A stretch of 64,000 nucleotides of DNA, from the NCBI GenBank assembly GCA_043804925.1, contig JAZDIP010000106.1, positions 796-64,795 of the forward strand, read 5' to 3'. The notes under the pieces are model-generated. The model saw only the letters and a program-made list of their open reading frames with translations. It was not told the DNA's origin and searched no databases. Made by a program: the position numbers and the translations under genes. Positions 48,517-57,392 of the stretch are shown one piece after another. The stretch comes from a bacterium. Lineage in GTDB: Bacteria; Bacteroidota; Ignavibacteria; Kapaibacteriales; UBA2268. Each line of letters begins with the position of its first letter. Position 1 is the first letter of the stretch.

Positions 48517-49443
48517 TTAGTGCTTTAGACTATTGGCTAACAAAGACAACAAAGCCATCCGGATAAAAACGCCATGAGTTACTTGAGTTTGAATTAAGAC
48601 ATTCGGATAAGAACTCAATTCATAATCGAGTTCGATACCGTAATTGACCGGACCCGGATGCATAAGCACCAAACCGGGTTTACTGCTGAAAAGCTGGAAA
48701 GTAACGCCATAATATTTGGTATATTCCCTAATCGAAGGAAGAATACCCGATTCCATTCTCTCCCTTTGTAAACGAAGCAAGATAACAGTATCTGCCCACT
48801 CAACGGATTCTTCGATAGTGTCGAAAAGTTTCACGTCCCAGATGTCCCTGGCTCTTGGCACTAAAGTTCCGGGACTGCAAAATCCCACTTCAGCTCCTAA
48901 TATCTTTAACATAGCAACATTTGACCTTGCGACTCTGCTGTGCAAAATATCGCCGATAATACATACTTTCAAACCTTCGAGTTTTCCGAAATGCCGGTAA
49001 AGCGTAAATGTATCTAAAAGTGCCTGTGTCGGGTGTTCATGCTTGCCATCGCCTGCATTGACAATAATGCCATTGGTATTTGCCTGCAAAAACTGAGATG
49101 CACCCGAACAGTTATGCCTGACGACATAAATATCCACTCCCATGGCTTCTATTGTACGCAATGTATCAATAAGTGATTCCCCTTTTGACAAACTGCTTGT
49201 CGAGGTTTGAAAATTTATTATCTCGGCAGACAACCTTTTCGCCGCTAAGTCAAAAGATAATTTTGTTCTGGTTGAGTTTTCGAAAAAGGCAAGAGCAACT
49301 GTAATACCTTTTAAGTCGTCAAATTTCATTCCGGGTTTGAAATTTTCCAAAAAATATTTAGCTCTGTCGTATATTTTATAAATATCACCATAAGTCAAAT
49401 CTTCGACTTGTAAAAGATAAGGATGAGTTAATCTATCAGTCAT
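48517..49443 (-). CDS. pyrB: Aspartate carbamoyltransferase catalytic subunit
   Basis: STRTKLSF (carbamoyl-phosphate binding) and HPTQALLD motifs. Confidence 0.9.
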   Translation of the reverse strand: MTDRLTHPYLLQVEDLTYGDIYKIYDRAKYFLENFKPGMKFDDLKGITVALAFFENSTRTKLSFDLAAKRLSAEIINFQTSTSSLSKGESLIDTLRTIEAMGVDIYVVRHNCSGASQFLQANTNGIIVNAGDGKHEHPTQALLDTFTLYRHFGKLEGLKVCIIGDILHSRVARSNVAMLKILGAEVGFCSPGTLVPRARDIWDVKLFDTIEESVEWADTVILLRLQRERMESGILPSIREYTKYYGVTFQLFSSKPGLVLMHPGPVNYGIELDYELSSYPNVLIQTQVTHGVFIRMALLSLLANSLKH

Positions 49444-49493
49444 TTAAATCACTATTCACATATAATACAAATTAATTAATGCAAATTAAAAAA

Positions 49494-49524
49494 AAAGCCA
49501 TTCATAATGAATGGCTTTTTTGAT
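49494..49524 (-). terminator. Rho-independent (bidirectional) terminator downstream of hup
   Basis: Perfect 8-bp stem gccattca/tgaatggc with a 3-nt loop, flanked by an A8 run on one side and a T6 run on the other. Confidence 0.7.
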
Positions 49525-49542
49525 TTGTGCAAAAAATGCGAA

Positions 49543-49839
49543 TTACTTCTTAGCTGCTTTTTTGCCAACAGCATCTGTAAGAGCTTTGCCTGCTTTGAAT
49601 TTTGGAACTTTCTTAGCGGCAATTTTCAGTGTTTCCCCGGTTCTTGGATTTTTACCTTTCCTAGCTTTTCTGTTATAAACAGAAAATGTTCCGAAACCGA
49701 TTAATGTTACATTTGTTCCTTTTTTCAACGATTTTGAAATCGCATCAAAAGTACTTCTTACTGCCTTGTCTGCATCAACCTTGGTTAGACCGGTTTCTTT
49801 TGCAACTTCAGCAATCAGTTGTGCTTTGTTTAAGCCCAT
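49543..49839 (-). CDS. hup: HU family DNA-binding protein with Lys/Ala-rich C-terminal tail
   Basis: 98 aa. MGLNKAQLIAEVAKETGLTK...GFGTFSV...RNPRTGE, a classic HU/IHF fold. Confidence 0.9.
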   Translation of the reverse strand: MGLNKAQLIAEVAKETGLTKVDADKAVRSTFDAISKSLKKGTNVTLIGFGTFSVYNRKARKGKNPRTGETLKIAAKKVPKFKAGKALTDAVGKKAAKK

Positions 49840-50099
49840 TTAAACCCCCTTTTTATTTTGTAGTAAAATAAATTAATTGGAAGAAAAAAAAATTAACTAC
49901 AGTGCAAAACTATAGCATTTAATCAAGCTTTGCAAGTTTTTTTTTTTAAAAAATACTGATTTTTACTACTTTTTTAATAATTTATTTGTAAATATTACAA
50001 CTTTTGCCCTATTCATCAGGGTTTTCAGTGATTTTCAAATAATTACCATATTTTTTCAGATTTATGAAAAGTTTATTTTAGCAAGTAATAATCAGGATT

Positions 50100-50705
50100 T
50101 TAAGTTTTTAATTCTTCTTTTGGTGAGTTATTTGGTAAAAAGTATTCTATTCCTGTCCATACCGATAAAATTACTATTAATAACATAGCGAAATATATTA
50201 TGTCCGAAAAAAGTAAAGTTTCAATTTTGTCTGCTGTCGTTCCCAAAACCTTTTCAGTGAATGTTACTGTTTCTTTCAGTAAAAGCAACAGAAGAATGAA
50301 AGCAATAAATATCATTTGTAATGTCGTTTTCCATTTTGCAGCTAAAGAAGTTTTAAACGTTTTACCCTTATTATCAAAATAAATCCTTAATAATGTCGTA
50401 CCGAAATCACGGAATACTATTATTAAAACCATCCAAAGTTCTACAATTCCCAAAAGTACGAAAGCTATGAATGCGGCAGTTGTCAAAATCTTGTCAGCCA
50501 AAGGGTCTAAAAACTTTCCAAAATTGCTCACTTCTCCATATTTTCTTGCAACCCAACCGTCAAAAAAATCAGATGCAGAGGCAAAAAAGTAAAGAATACA
50601 TGCAATTTCAACTGAACCCTTATCACCCCATACCAACAGATAGAAAAAAAAAGGTACAATTAATATTCTAATCCAGCTAATTATATTTGGAATGTTAAAT
50701 TTCAT
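50100..50705 (-). CDS. pgsA: CDP-diacylglycerol--glycerol-3-phosphate 3-phosphatidyltransferase
   Basis: CDP-alcohol phosphatidyltransferase motif DGWVARK...G...LDPLADK. Confidence 0.85.
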   Translation of the reverse strand: MKFNIPNIISWIRILIVPFFFYLLVWGDKGSVEIACILYFFASASDFFDGWVARKYGEVSNFGKFLDPLADKILTTAAFIAFVLLGIVELWMVLIIVFRDFGTTLLRIYFDNKGKTFKTSLAAKWKTTLQMIFIAFILLLLLLKETVTFTEKVLGTTADKIETLLFSDIIYFAMLLIVILSVWTGIEYFLPNNSPKEELKT

Positions 50706-50814
50706 ATAATTTTTAAAATAATTTACCTGCCGCTAAGTTTCTTGATTTTTTTGATAAATATAGTGCCGTCTTTAATTTTTAGCTGAAATTAAAACAGGGT
50801 TATTTAATATAAAT

Positions 50815-51231
50815 TTAAAGATTTTTATATTCTTTAAACATGCATTTATCCTGAATAAATTCTATTCCATGGGATTCTGCAAGCTTTTTTGCTTCATCAT
50901 TCATTATGCCTTCCTGAAGCCAAATAAGGTCAATATCCCCTCTTTGCTTTTTTCTTTCTACTGCTTCTTCTACTATTTCCAGAACCTGACCCGATGGTCT
51001 GAATACATTTAAAATATCTATATCATCTTCTATATCTAAAATATTTTTATATGATTTCTGTCCGGCTATCTCTTTTGCTCCGGGATTAACAGGAATGATA
51101 TTGTATCCTTGGCTTAACAGAAAGGCAGGCACATAATGTGATGGCTTTACATCATTGGTTGACATCCCAAAAACTGCAATTGTCTTGTACTTTTCAAAAA
51201 TTTCACTTATCGTCATTTTGCTTCCTTTCAA
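50815..51231 (-). CDS. CoA-binding domain protein (YccU-like)
   Basis: IAVFGMS...PVNP, a Rossmann-like CoA-binding signature. About 135 aa. Confidence 0.7.
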   Translation of the reverse strand: MKGSKMTISEIFEKYKTIAVFGMSTNDVKPSHYVPAFLLSQGYNIIPVNPGAKEIAGQKSYKNILDIEDDIDILNVFRPSGQVLEIVEEAVERKKQRGDIDLIWLQEGIMNDEAKKLAESHGIEFIQDKCMFKEYKNL

Positions 51232-51425
51232 TTAAAAAATTCACTATTACTCTCAATTTAAAAAATTTTATTCTAAACATTAAGTTTTATCGTCAAAAGC
51301 AAATTTAATAAATTAAAAATACTTTGCTATAAAAATCTTTATGCTTAATATTCAGCACATGTTAAGATAGAATCATTCGAGGTAAAATTTTTACAAACAA
51401 TCAATCCAAATTGGAATATTTTTTA

Positions 51426-52040
51426 TCACTTTAATTTGTACGAGACAAGAGTACAAGTCCAATTCTTACGAGGACCAAGAATACCAGAAACCAAACCAAC
51501 TCCTTTACAGTAATAACTGTCAGAATAATAATTTTCCGGCATATTTGAATATCTGATACATGCGAAAGTTCCGGCTGATGTTTTTATTGTTTTACTGCCT
51601 GAGCAAATCAGTTGGTCATATGTACTAGTGTCAACCCAGCCAATCTTGAAATAATTTGAATATTTACGGATGTAAATACCGGAATCATTTTCACACTGTG
51701 CAACCAAAACAATCCCATCCTTCTCTTTGATATAACCATGAAAGGTAGTATCAATATAAGTGCCATCAGTTGAGGTTGCTATAGCCCGCGTAATAAAAAC
51801 ATCAGAAATTTTAACAGAAGAATCCGGAAAAAGCACGGGTATTGATTTTTTTTGGGTTATTAACAAGTCCCAACGGAAATCACCGCTGTCATTTTTTACT
51901 TTGTAATTCCAGGTATTTCCTACGTCTAAAGGAATGATGTCCCCGTTATTAGTGTCTTTCAGCTTGTTATCATCTGAATTTTTCCCACAACCAAGCATTG
52001 TGAAAATTAGTGCAAGAACAATTATCGAAATGTTTTTCAT
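51426..52040 (-). CDS. Hypothetical lipoprotein
   Basis: Lipobox TMLGC. No known domains. Confidence 0.5.
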   Translation of the reverse strand: MKNISIIVLALIFTMLGCGKNSDDNKLKDTNNGDIIPLDVGNTWNYKVKNDSGDFRWDLLITQKKSIPVLFPDSSVKISDVFITRAIATSTDGTYIDTTFHGYIKEKDGIVLVAQCENDSGIYIRKYSNYFKIGWVDTSTYDQLICSGSKTIKTSAGTFACIRYSNMPENYYSDSYYCKGVGLVSGILGPRKNWTCTLVSYKLK

Positions 52041-52223
52041 AATCATCTCCTCATTTAAACAAATAAAATCATTATTAAGTTTATATTATTTTGTAACTTA
52101 ATAAATAAAATATTTTAAAGCAAATTAATGATTCATTTATTTGTTTTAAAGATAAGAAGTTGGATTATCTACAATAATACATTCTTCATTTTACATTCTT
52201 CATTTTACATTTTACATTCTACA

Positions 52224-53117
52224 TTAAAAACGGCTAAACTCCAAATGAATATTCGATCCCTTTACGCTGTGAGTTAAAGCTCCTGATGAAATAGCATTTA
52301 CCCCTGTTTTAACGTATTCTCCGAGATTACTCAGATTTATTCCTCCTGATGCTTCGATAAAAACATCTTCTCCTGCATTATCTCTAATGTATTCTACCAT
52401 CTTAGATATAGTTGAAGGACTCATATTGTCGAGTAAAAAGCCATCTACTCCTATTTCCAATGCTTCATTAATTTCTTCTTTATTTTCAACTTCAATTTCG
52501 ATTTTTAAATTTTTTGGATTATTATTTCTAAGCATCTCAATTGCTTGTTTTATACCACCTGCCGCTTTAATATGATTATCCTTAATTAATATACCGGAAG
52601 ACAAATCCAGACGGTGATTGAAACCACCTCCGACAGTTACGGCATACTTTTCAAATAATCTCAGTCCGGGAGTGGTTTTCCTCGTATCAAGAATCTTGAC
52701 ATTATAGGGCTTTGCTATCTCAGCATATTTATTTGTCAATGTCGCTATTCCGCAAAGCCGTTGCAGTAAATTAAGCATTACCCTTTCGTGAGAGAGGATA
52801 ATATCTGTTCTGCCTTTTATCACTGCAATTATTTCACCATTTTTAACCTTGTCCCCGTCTTTGAATTTCAGGTCAATTTGACTATTCCCGTCAAAGAAAT
52901 ACTCTAATGTTTGCTCTCCTGCAAAAATTAAATCTTCTTCTGCCTGCAAAAAAGCAGTTATGGAGTTATGAGTTGTGGGTTGAGGGTTGTTTAATGTATT
53001 TGAAAAAATCGCATTAGTTGTTGCATCACCATCGGGCATATCCTCGGCAAGAAATTCATTAATCTTTTTGATAATGTATTCCTCAGGCAGTTTCTTTATT
53101 TGTTCATATTCTATCAT
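52224..53117 (-). CDS. nadC: Nicotinate-nucleotide pyrophosphorylase (quinolinate phosphoribosyltransferase)
   Basis: QAPRTase motifs (ILDTRKTTPGLR, KDNH). 4-bp overlap with nadA. Confidence 0.9.
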   Translation of the reverse strand: MIEYEQIKKLPEEYIIKKINEFLAEDMPDGDATTNAIFSNTLNNPQPTTHNSITAFLQAEEDLIFAGEQTLEYFFDGNSQIDLKFKDGDKVKNGEIIAVIKGRTDIILSHERVMLNLLQRLCGIATLTNKYAEIAKPYNVKILDTRKTTPGLRLFEKYAVTVGGGFNHRLDLSSGILIKDNHIKAAGGIKQAIEMLRNNNPKNLKIEIEVENKEEINEALEIGVDGFLLDNMSPSTISKMVEYIRDNAGEDVFIEASGGINLSNLGEYVKTGVNAISSGALTHSVKGSNIHLEFSRF

Positions 53118-54034
53118 GAAAGCTCCAGCATCCTCTCAATTGGTTTTAATGCTCTTAATCTCAAATTTTCTTCAATATGAATTTGCGGTTCCATTTTCTC
53201 AAGTGCAGATATAATTTTATCAACTGTATTCAGCTTCATATAAGGGCAGTTATTACAACTGCATCCATCGAGATTTGGTACTGTATAAAAAGATTTGCCT
53301 TCTGTCTTTAACTCTAATTGATGAATTATTCCGGGTTCAGTTAGTATGATAAATTCCTTAGAATTTGAATTAACTGCTTGTTTTATTATTCCTGAAGTTG
53401 AACCAATAAAATCTGCATACGCCAAAATATTTTCGGGACATTCAGGATGTGCAAGGACTTTTGCATCAGGATATTTGTTCATCAGATTAATCAGTTCAAG
53501 TTCCGAAAAAACAGTATGAACTTCGCATGACCCATCCCACAAAACCATATCCCTTCCGGTTTTTTTAATTACATGTTTCCCTAAATATTTGTCAGGAGCA
53601 AATAAAATCTTTTCGTCTTTTGGGAGAGAATTTACTATTTTTTCAGCATTGGAAGAAGTACAGATAATATCAGACATCGCCTTGACCTGTGTGGAGCAGT
53701 TAATGTATGATATGACAGTATGACCGGGATGTGCATCAATCCATTCTTTAAATTTGTCGGCAGGAGTATTGTCAGCAAGCGAACATCCGGCATTCATATC
53801 AGGCAGCAAAACTACTTTTGTAGGATTTAAAATCTTTGCAGTCTCAGCCATAAAATGTACACCCGCAAAAACAATGACATCTGCTTCTGTCTTTTTAGCC
53901 GCTTGTGCAAGAGCAAGTGAATCACCCAAAAAATCCGCTATGTCCTGTATTTCCGATTCCTGATAATAATGAGCAAGAATTATAGCATTCTTCTCTTTTT
54001 TCAATCTATTTATTTTATCGATTTTTGATTCCAT
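53114..54034 (-). CDS. nadA: Quinolinate synthase A
   Basis: ILAHYYQ, three Cys ligands for the 4Fe-4S cluster (CS...C...C), about 305 aa. Confidence 0.9.
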   Translation of the reverse strand: MESKIDKINRLKKEKNAIILAHYYQESEIQDIADFLGDSLALAQAAKKTEADVIVFAGVHFMAETAKILNPTKVVLLPDMNAGCSLADNTPADKFKEWIDAHPGHTVISYINCSTQVKAMSDIICTSSNAEKIVNSLPKDEKILFAPDKYLGKHVIKKTGRDMVLWDGSCEVHTVFSELELINLMNKYPDAKVLAHPECPENILAYADFIGSTSGIIKQAVNSNSKEFIILTEPGIIHQLELKTEGKSFYTVPNLDGCSCNNCPYMKLNTVDKIISALEKMEPQIHIEENLRLRALKPIERMLELS

Positions 54035-54140
54035 GTTTCAAATATATTACTCTTTTAATTATTTATCAATTAATTAACGAATGATAATATCAATAATTAT
54101 TCATAATTCGTAATTCATAATTAGTAATTAGTAATTGTTT

Positions 54141-54357
54141 TAAACCCACTCCCTCGTCAACTCATCTATTTTTTCCATTGTCTTGATTGTATAATCCAAA
54201 ACATTAACAACATTAATAAAATGGTTAACATCAAAAGTTGATAATGCTATTTCATGCTTTTTGCGTTCTTTCAGCCATTTGTCCAATACCTGATAGCCGC
54301 CTCCCAAATTGGTGATGGTAATCTTTTTGAATGCTGTTAAAGTATTCCTGAAACATA
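54141..54357 (-). pseudogene. Orphan gene fragment (about 72 aa open frame without start codon)
   Basis: Minus-strand frame ...NTLTAFKKITITNLGGGYQVLDKWLKERKKHEIALSTFDVNHFINVVNVLDYTIKTMEKIDELTREWV* with no in-frame ATG/GTG/TTG. It sits at the left edge of the AT-rich island. Confidence 0.25.
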
Positions 54358-54659
54358 AAACAACCTGATAATGATTAAATACTTACATAATACAAAAATA
54401 GGAAATAATTATCTTTGTTTAAATATAATTAACCACAAATATTTGAAGTGTAAAAGTGTAAAAGGGATTAGGGTAATTTTTACGGTTACAGTATCTGATT
54501 TATTCGTAGAGTTTGCATTGAACTTTTTTTTGAATAAATAACAAAGAGCATTATATCTGATTATTATATTTAAAATCAATAATTCATAATAATTATAACA
54601 ATTTTTTTTGTAAATTGTTTTTAAAAATATTGTTAACACAAAACAGTCATGTTAAATAT

Positions 54660-55379
54660 ATGAAAAGTACTGAAATAAAATTACCTAAAAAAATAACACC
54701 GTGTCCAATTATAGATGCGTTGTTGGAGATTAGGTTTTCAATTAATACTGATCCAAATGCTGTATTTGGACAATTATATTCATATTTCAAAGAATCATTT
54801 TCAAAGCCAGAATCTTTACCAATTTTACAAGTACCTGAATATATAAGAAAAGTTGACCCGAATTTTCAATTCAAACCTCATTATCGACTTGAAAAGGATG
54901 GGTTTATTCTACAAATTGGTTCAGATGTTTTAACGATTAGTTCTTTTCCAGAATATATTGGATGGAATAATTTCTCTGAAATGATTTATGAAATATTAAA
55001 AAAAGTGAAAACTTCTGATATAATTGATAGAATTTCAAGGCTTGGTTTGAGATATGTTAATTTTTTTGAATTGAATATTTTCGACCATATAAATTTAGAT
55101 GTTCATATGACTGGAAATTCTATTACAGAAAAAAATATTATAATAAAAACTGAAATAAATGGTGATGATTTTAAGCAAACATTACAAATTTCAAATCATG
55201 CACAAAGTGGTGAAAAATTTGGTTCAATAATTGATATTGATACTTTTAAAGATATTGAATTAGAAGATTTTTTTAATAATCAAGAAAAGTTGATAGAATT
55301 TGTACATTTACAAGAAAAACACTTATTTTTTAGTTTATTAAAAGATGAATTTTTGCAAAATTTTAATCCGGAGTATTAG
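54660..55379 (+). CDS. Hypothetical protein, TIGR04255-like (recalled N-terminal P-I-x-E/D-A-x-x-E-I-R-F motif)
   Basis: MKSTEIKLPKKITPCPIIDALLEIRFS... Very AT-rich. First gene of a 3-gene operon. Confidence 0.5.
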   Translation: MKSTEIKLPKKITPCPIIDALLEIRFSINTDPNAVFGQLYSYFKESFSKPESLPILQVPEYIRKVDPNFQFKPHYRLEKDGFILQIGSDVLTISSFPEYIGWNNFSEMIYEILKKVKTSDIIDRISRLGLRYVNFFELNIFDHINLDVHMTGNSITEKNIIIKTEINGDDFKQTLQISNHAQSGEKFGSIIDIDTFKDIELEDFFNNQEKLIEFVHLQEKHLFFSLLKDEFLQNFNPEY

Positions 55380-55381
55380 AA

Positions 55382-55705
55382 ATGTCTACTGTAACAAATA
55401 CAACAACTTCAACCGCAATTTTATTTTTCGCATTAACATCAATTAATCCGACAATGTATAGTAATCCTTATTACTCTACTGATAATTTGATTCCTTTAAA
55501 AAATCATTCTTATCGTGTCAATAAAGATTTAGTTTATTTGAAAAATATAGAATTTGATGAATCAAAAAGTTACATGTTGATTACTAATGAAAATGAAATA
55601 TTTAATGTTTTATCGAATTTCTCAAATAAAATATTACATCACTTAGTTGATATTGAACCTGAATATTCTGATATATTAAATAAGCATTTTTGGGAATTAA
55701 TATGA
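55382..55705 (+). CDS. Hypothetical protein
   Basis: 107 aa. Starts 3 bp after the previous stop. Confidence 0.45.
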   Translation: MSTVTNTTTSTAILFFALTSINPTMYSNPYYSTDNLIPLKNHSYRVNKDLVYLKNIEFDESKSYMLITNENEIFNVLSNFSNKILHHLVDIEPEYSDILNKHFWELI

Positions 55706-56319
55706 AAATTGAAGATATTGATCTTTATTTACCAAAATTTCTGTCAGCGGAATCCTATAGAATATTAATAAAAGGACTTAATGACTTTCCTGAAAATATT
55801 GATACAAGGTTATATACTACCTATTTAAATCAAAAAAATTTAATTTATCAAGGAGATGGAATTCAAGACTTATTAGTAATTAATCTACCTAAAAGCGAAA
55901 TTAATAAAGTTCCATGTATGATATTGTCAAATACATGTGATATTGATTTGCATAATAAACGAAAATTACCAACAAAAATAGTTTATACCCCTATATTTAA
56001 TCTTGAAAAATTTTATAAAAAGTTAAAATCAGAATCAAAGGATAAAGAAGGCATACTTTCCTTTATTAAATCTGTAAAAAGACAGGAAGTATCACAGATA
56101 TTTTATTTACCAAAATTAAATGAAAAAATTGATGAATCTATAATATTTTTTGATTTTATCTGTAGCTGCGATAATGGATTTATTGATAGAGAAAATTTAA
56201 AAACTCAGAGATTATTTACTTTAAGTGATTATGGATCGTACTTGTTCATATTTAAATTATCAATTCATTTTACAAGAATTCAAGACAAAGTTGAAAGAAG
56301 AAGTATTATCGATGAATAA
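55702..56319 (+). CDS. Hypothetical protein
   Basis: ATGA overlap with the previous gene. 205 aa with several Cys (CMILSNTCD, FICSCDNG). Confidence 0.5.
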   Translation: MKIEDIDLYLPKFLSAESYRILIKGLNDFPENIDTRLYTTYLNQKNLIYQGDGIQDLLVINLPKSEINKVPCMILSNTCDIDLHNKRKLPTKIVYTPIFNLEKFYKKLKSESKDKEGILSFIKSVKRQEVSQIFYLPKLNEKIDESIIFFDFICSCDNGFIDRENLKTQRLFTLSDYGSYLFIFKLSIHFTRIQDKVERRSIIDE

Positions 56320-56606
56320 TTTTTGAGGGTGTAAACTAAGGTTTTCTTAAGTATGTCTTATTGATTATCTACTCTCTTAGCCATTATATCATGAACTTAA
56401 ATTTGGAGTTCCCCCAATATTATGGACAAAAAATTAAGATAGTTTCTTCCTTTCATAGTCAATAAGAGTATGGTGAAAACCATTTCAAAATCATTTCGAA
56501 ACTAATATAAAACTATTAGTTTTATATTAGTTTTATAATAGTTTTCTTGCATTTAGTTTTCGGCGATATATATTCGCATTGAGTTTAAAATTATTTTTAT
56601 GAATCA

Positions 56607-57230
56607 ATGCGAAGGTGCTTAATGAACAACGAAATCACAACCACAGAAAAAAAACCCTGGGAACAGCTCAAAGGCGAAAAATCCAGGCAATTTTTAGCTT
56701 TTTGCCAATACCTCGAGCTTGGCAACAGGCGTAAATTCAGCAATATCGCATCCTATACCAATGTATCTCCGGGTTGTATTCACAATTGGGCTCAAAAATG
56801 GAATTGGGAAGAAAGAGCTTCGGCTTTCGACAGGCATTCTATAGAAATGAATAAAAAGGAAAAAAGGGAGCAATACGAAAAAGTTAAAAATATTCACTCA
56901 AAAAGTATGAATAATATGTCGCTTCTTATCTACAAACTCATTGATTTAATCAATAAAAAAACCCGCTCTGAGCTTAACAAAATGTCGGATATGGAGCTTA
57001 CGGATTTTTATAAAGCCCTTAAATTATTAACTAATATCCTGCCTTCCCTTTCGGATATCGCTTCTGCCAATTTGAGTCAGTCCAAACCTCTGTGGCAGGA
57101 AGAAGAAACTCCTTTGGATTTTATGACTATTTACGATAAACACCCAGAATTGATTGATGATGTTAACGACTTACTTGGCAAAATAATCAATGCGGAAACT
57201 AATGATGCTCCTTTATTTAATCGAATATAG
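56607..57230 (+). CDS. Putative phage terminase small subunit (by position and predicted HTH)
   Basis: About 200 aa directly upstream of terL. Its N-terminal third has a helix-turn-helix-like segment (FSNIASYTNVSPGCIHNWAQKW). Confidence 0.4.
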   Translation: MRRCLMNNEITTTEKKPWEQLKGEKSRQFLAFCQYLELGNRRKFSNIASYTNVSPGCIHNWAQKWNWEERASAFDRHSIEMNKKEKREQYEKVKNIHSKSMNNMSLLIYKLIDLINKKTRSELNKMSDMELTDFYKALKLLTNILPSLSDIASANLSQSKPLWQEEETPLDFMTIYDKHPELIDDVNDLLGKIINAETNDAPLFNRI

Positions 57231-57261
57231 AAAAATTATTAGGATAAAAAAAAATAAAAAA

Positions 57262-57388
57262 GATAAAAAACGATAAAAAAGATAAAAAACGATAAAAAAG
57301 ATAAAAAACGATAAAAAAGATAAAAAACGATAAAAAAGATAAAAAACGATAAAAAAGATAAAAAACGATAAAAAAGATAAAAAACGAT
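57262..57388. repeat. 19-bp tandem repeat GATAAAAAACGATAAAAAA x ~6.7 (A6 tracts phased every 9-10 bp)
   Basis: Directly visible. It ends 4 bp before the terL ATG. Confidence 0.85.
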
Positions 57389-57392
57389 AAAA

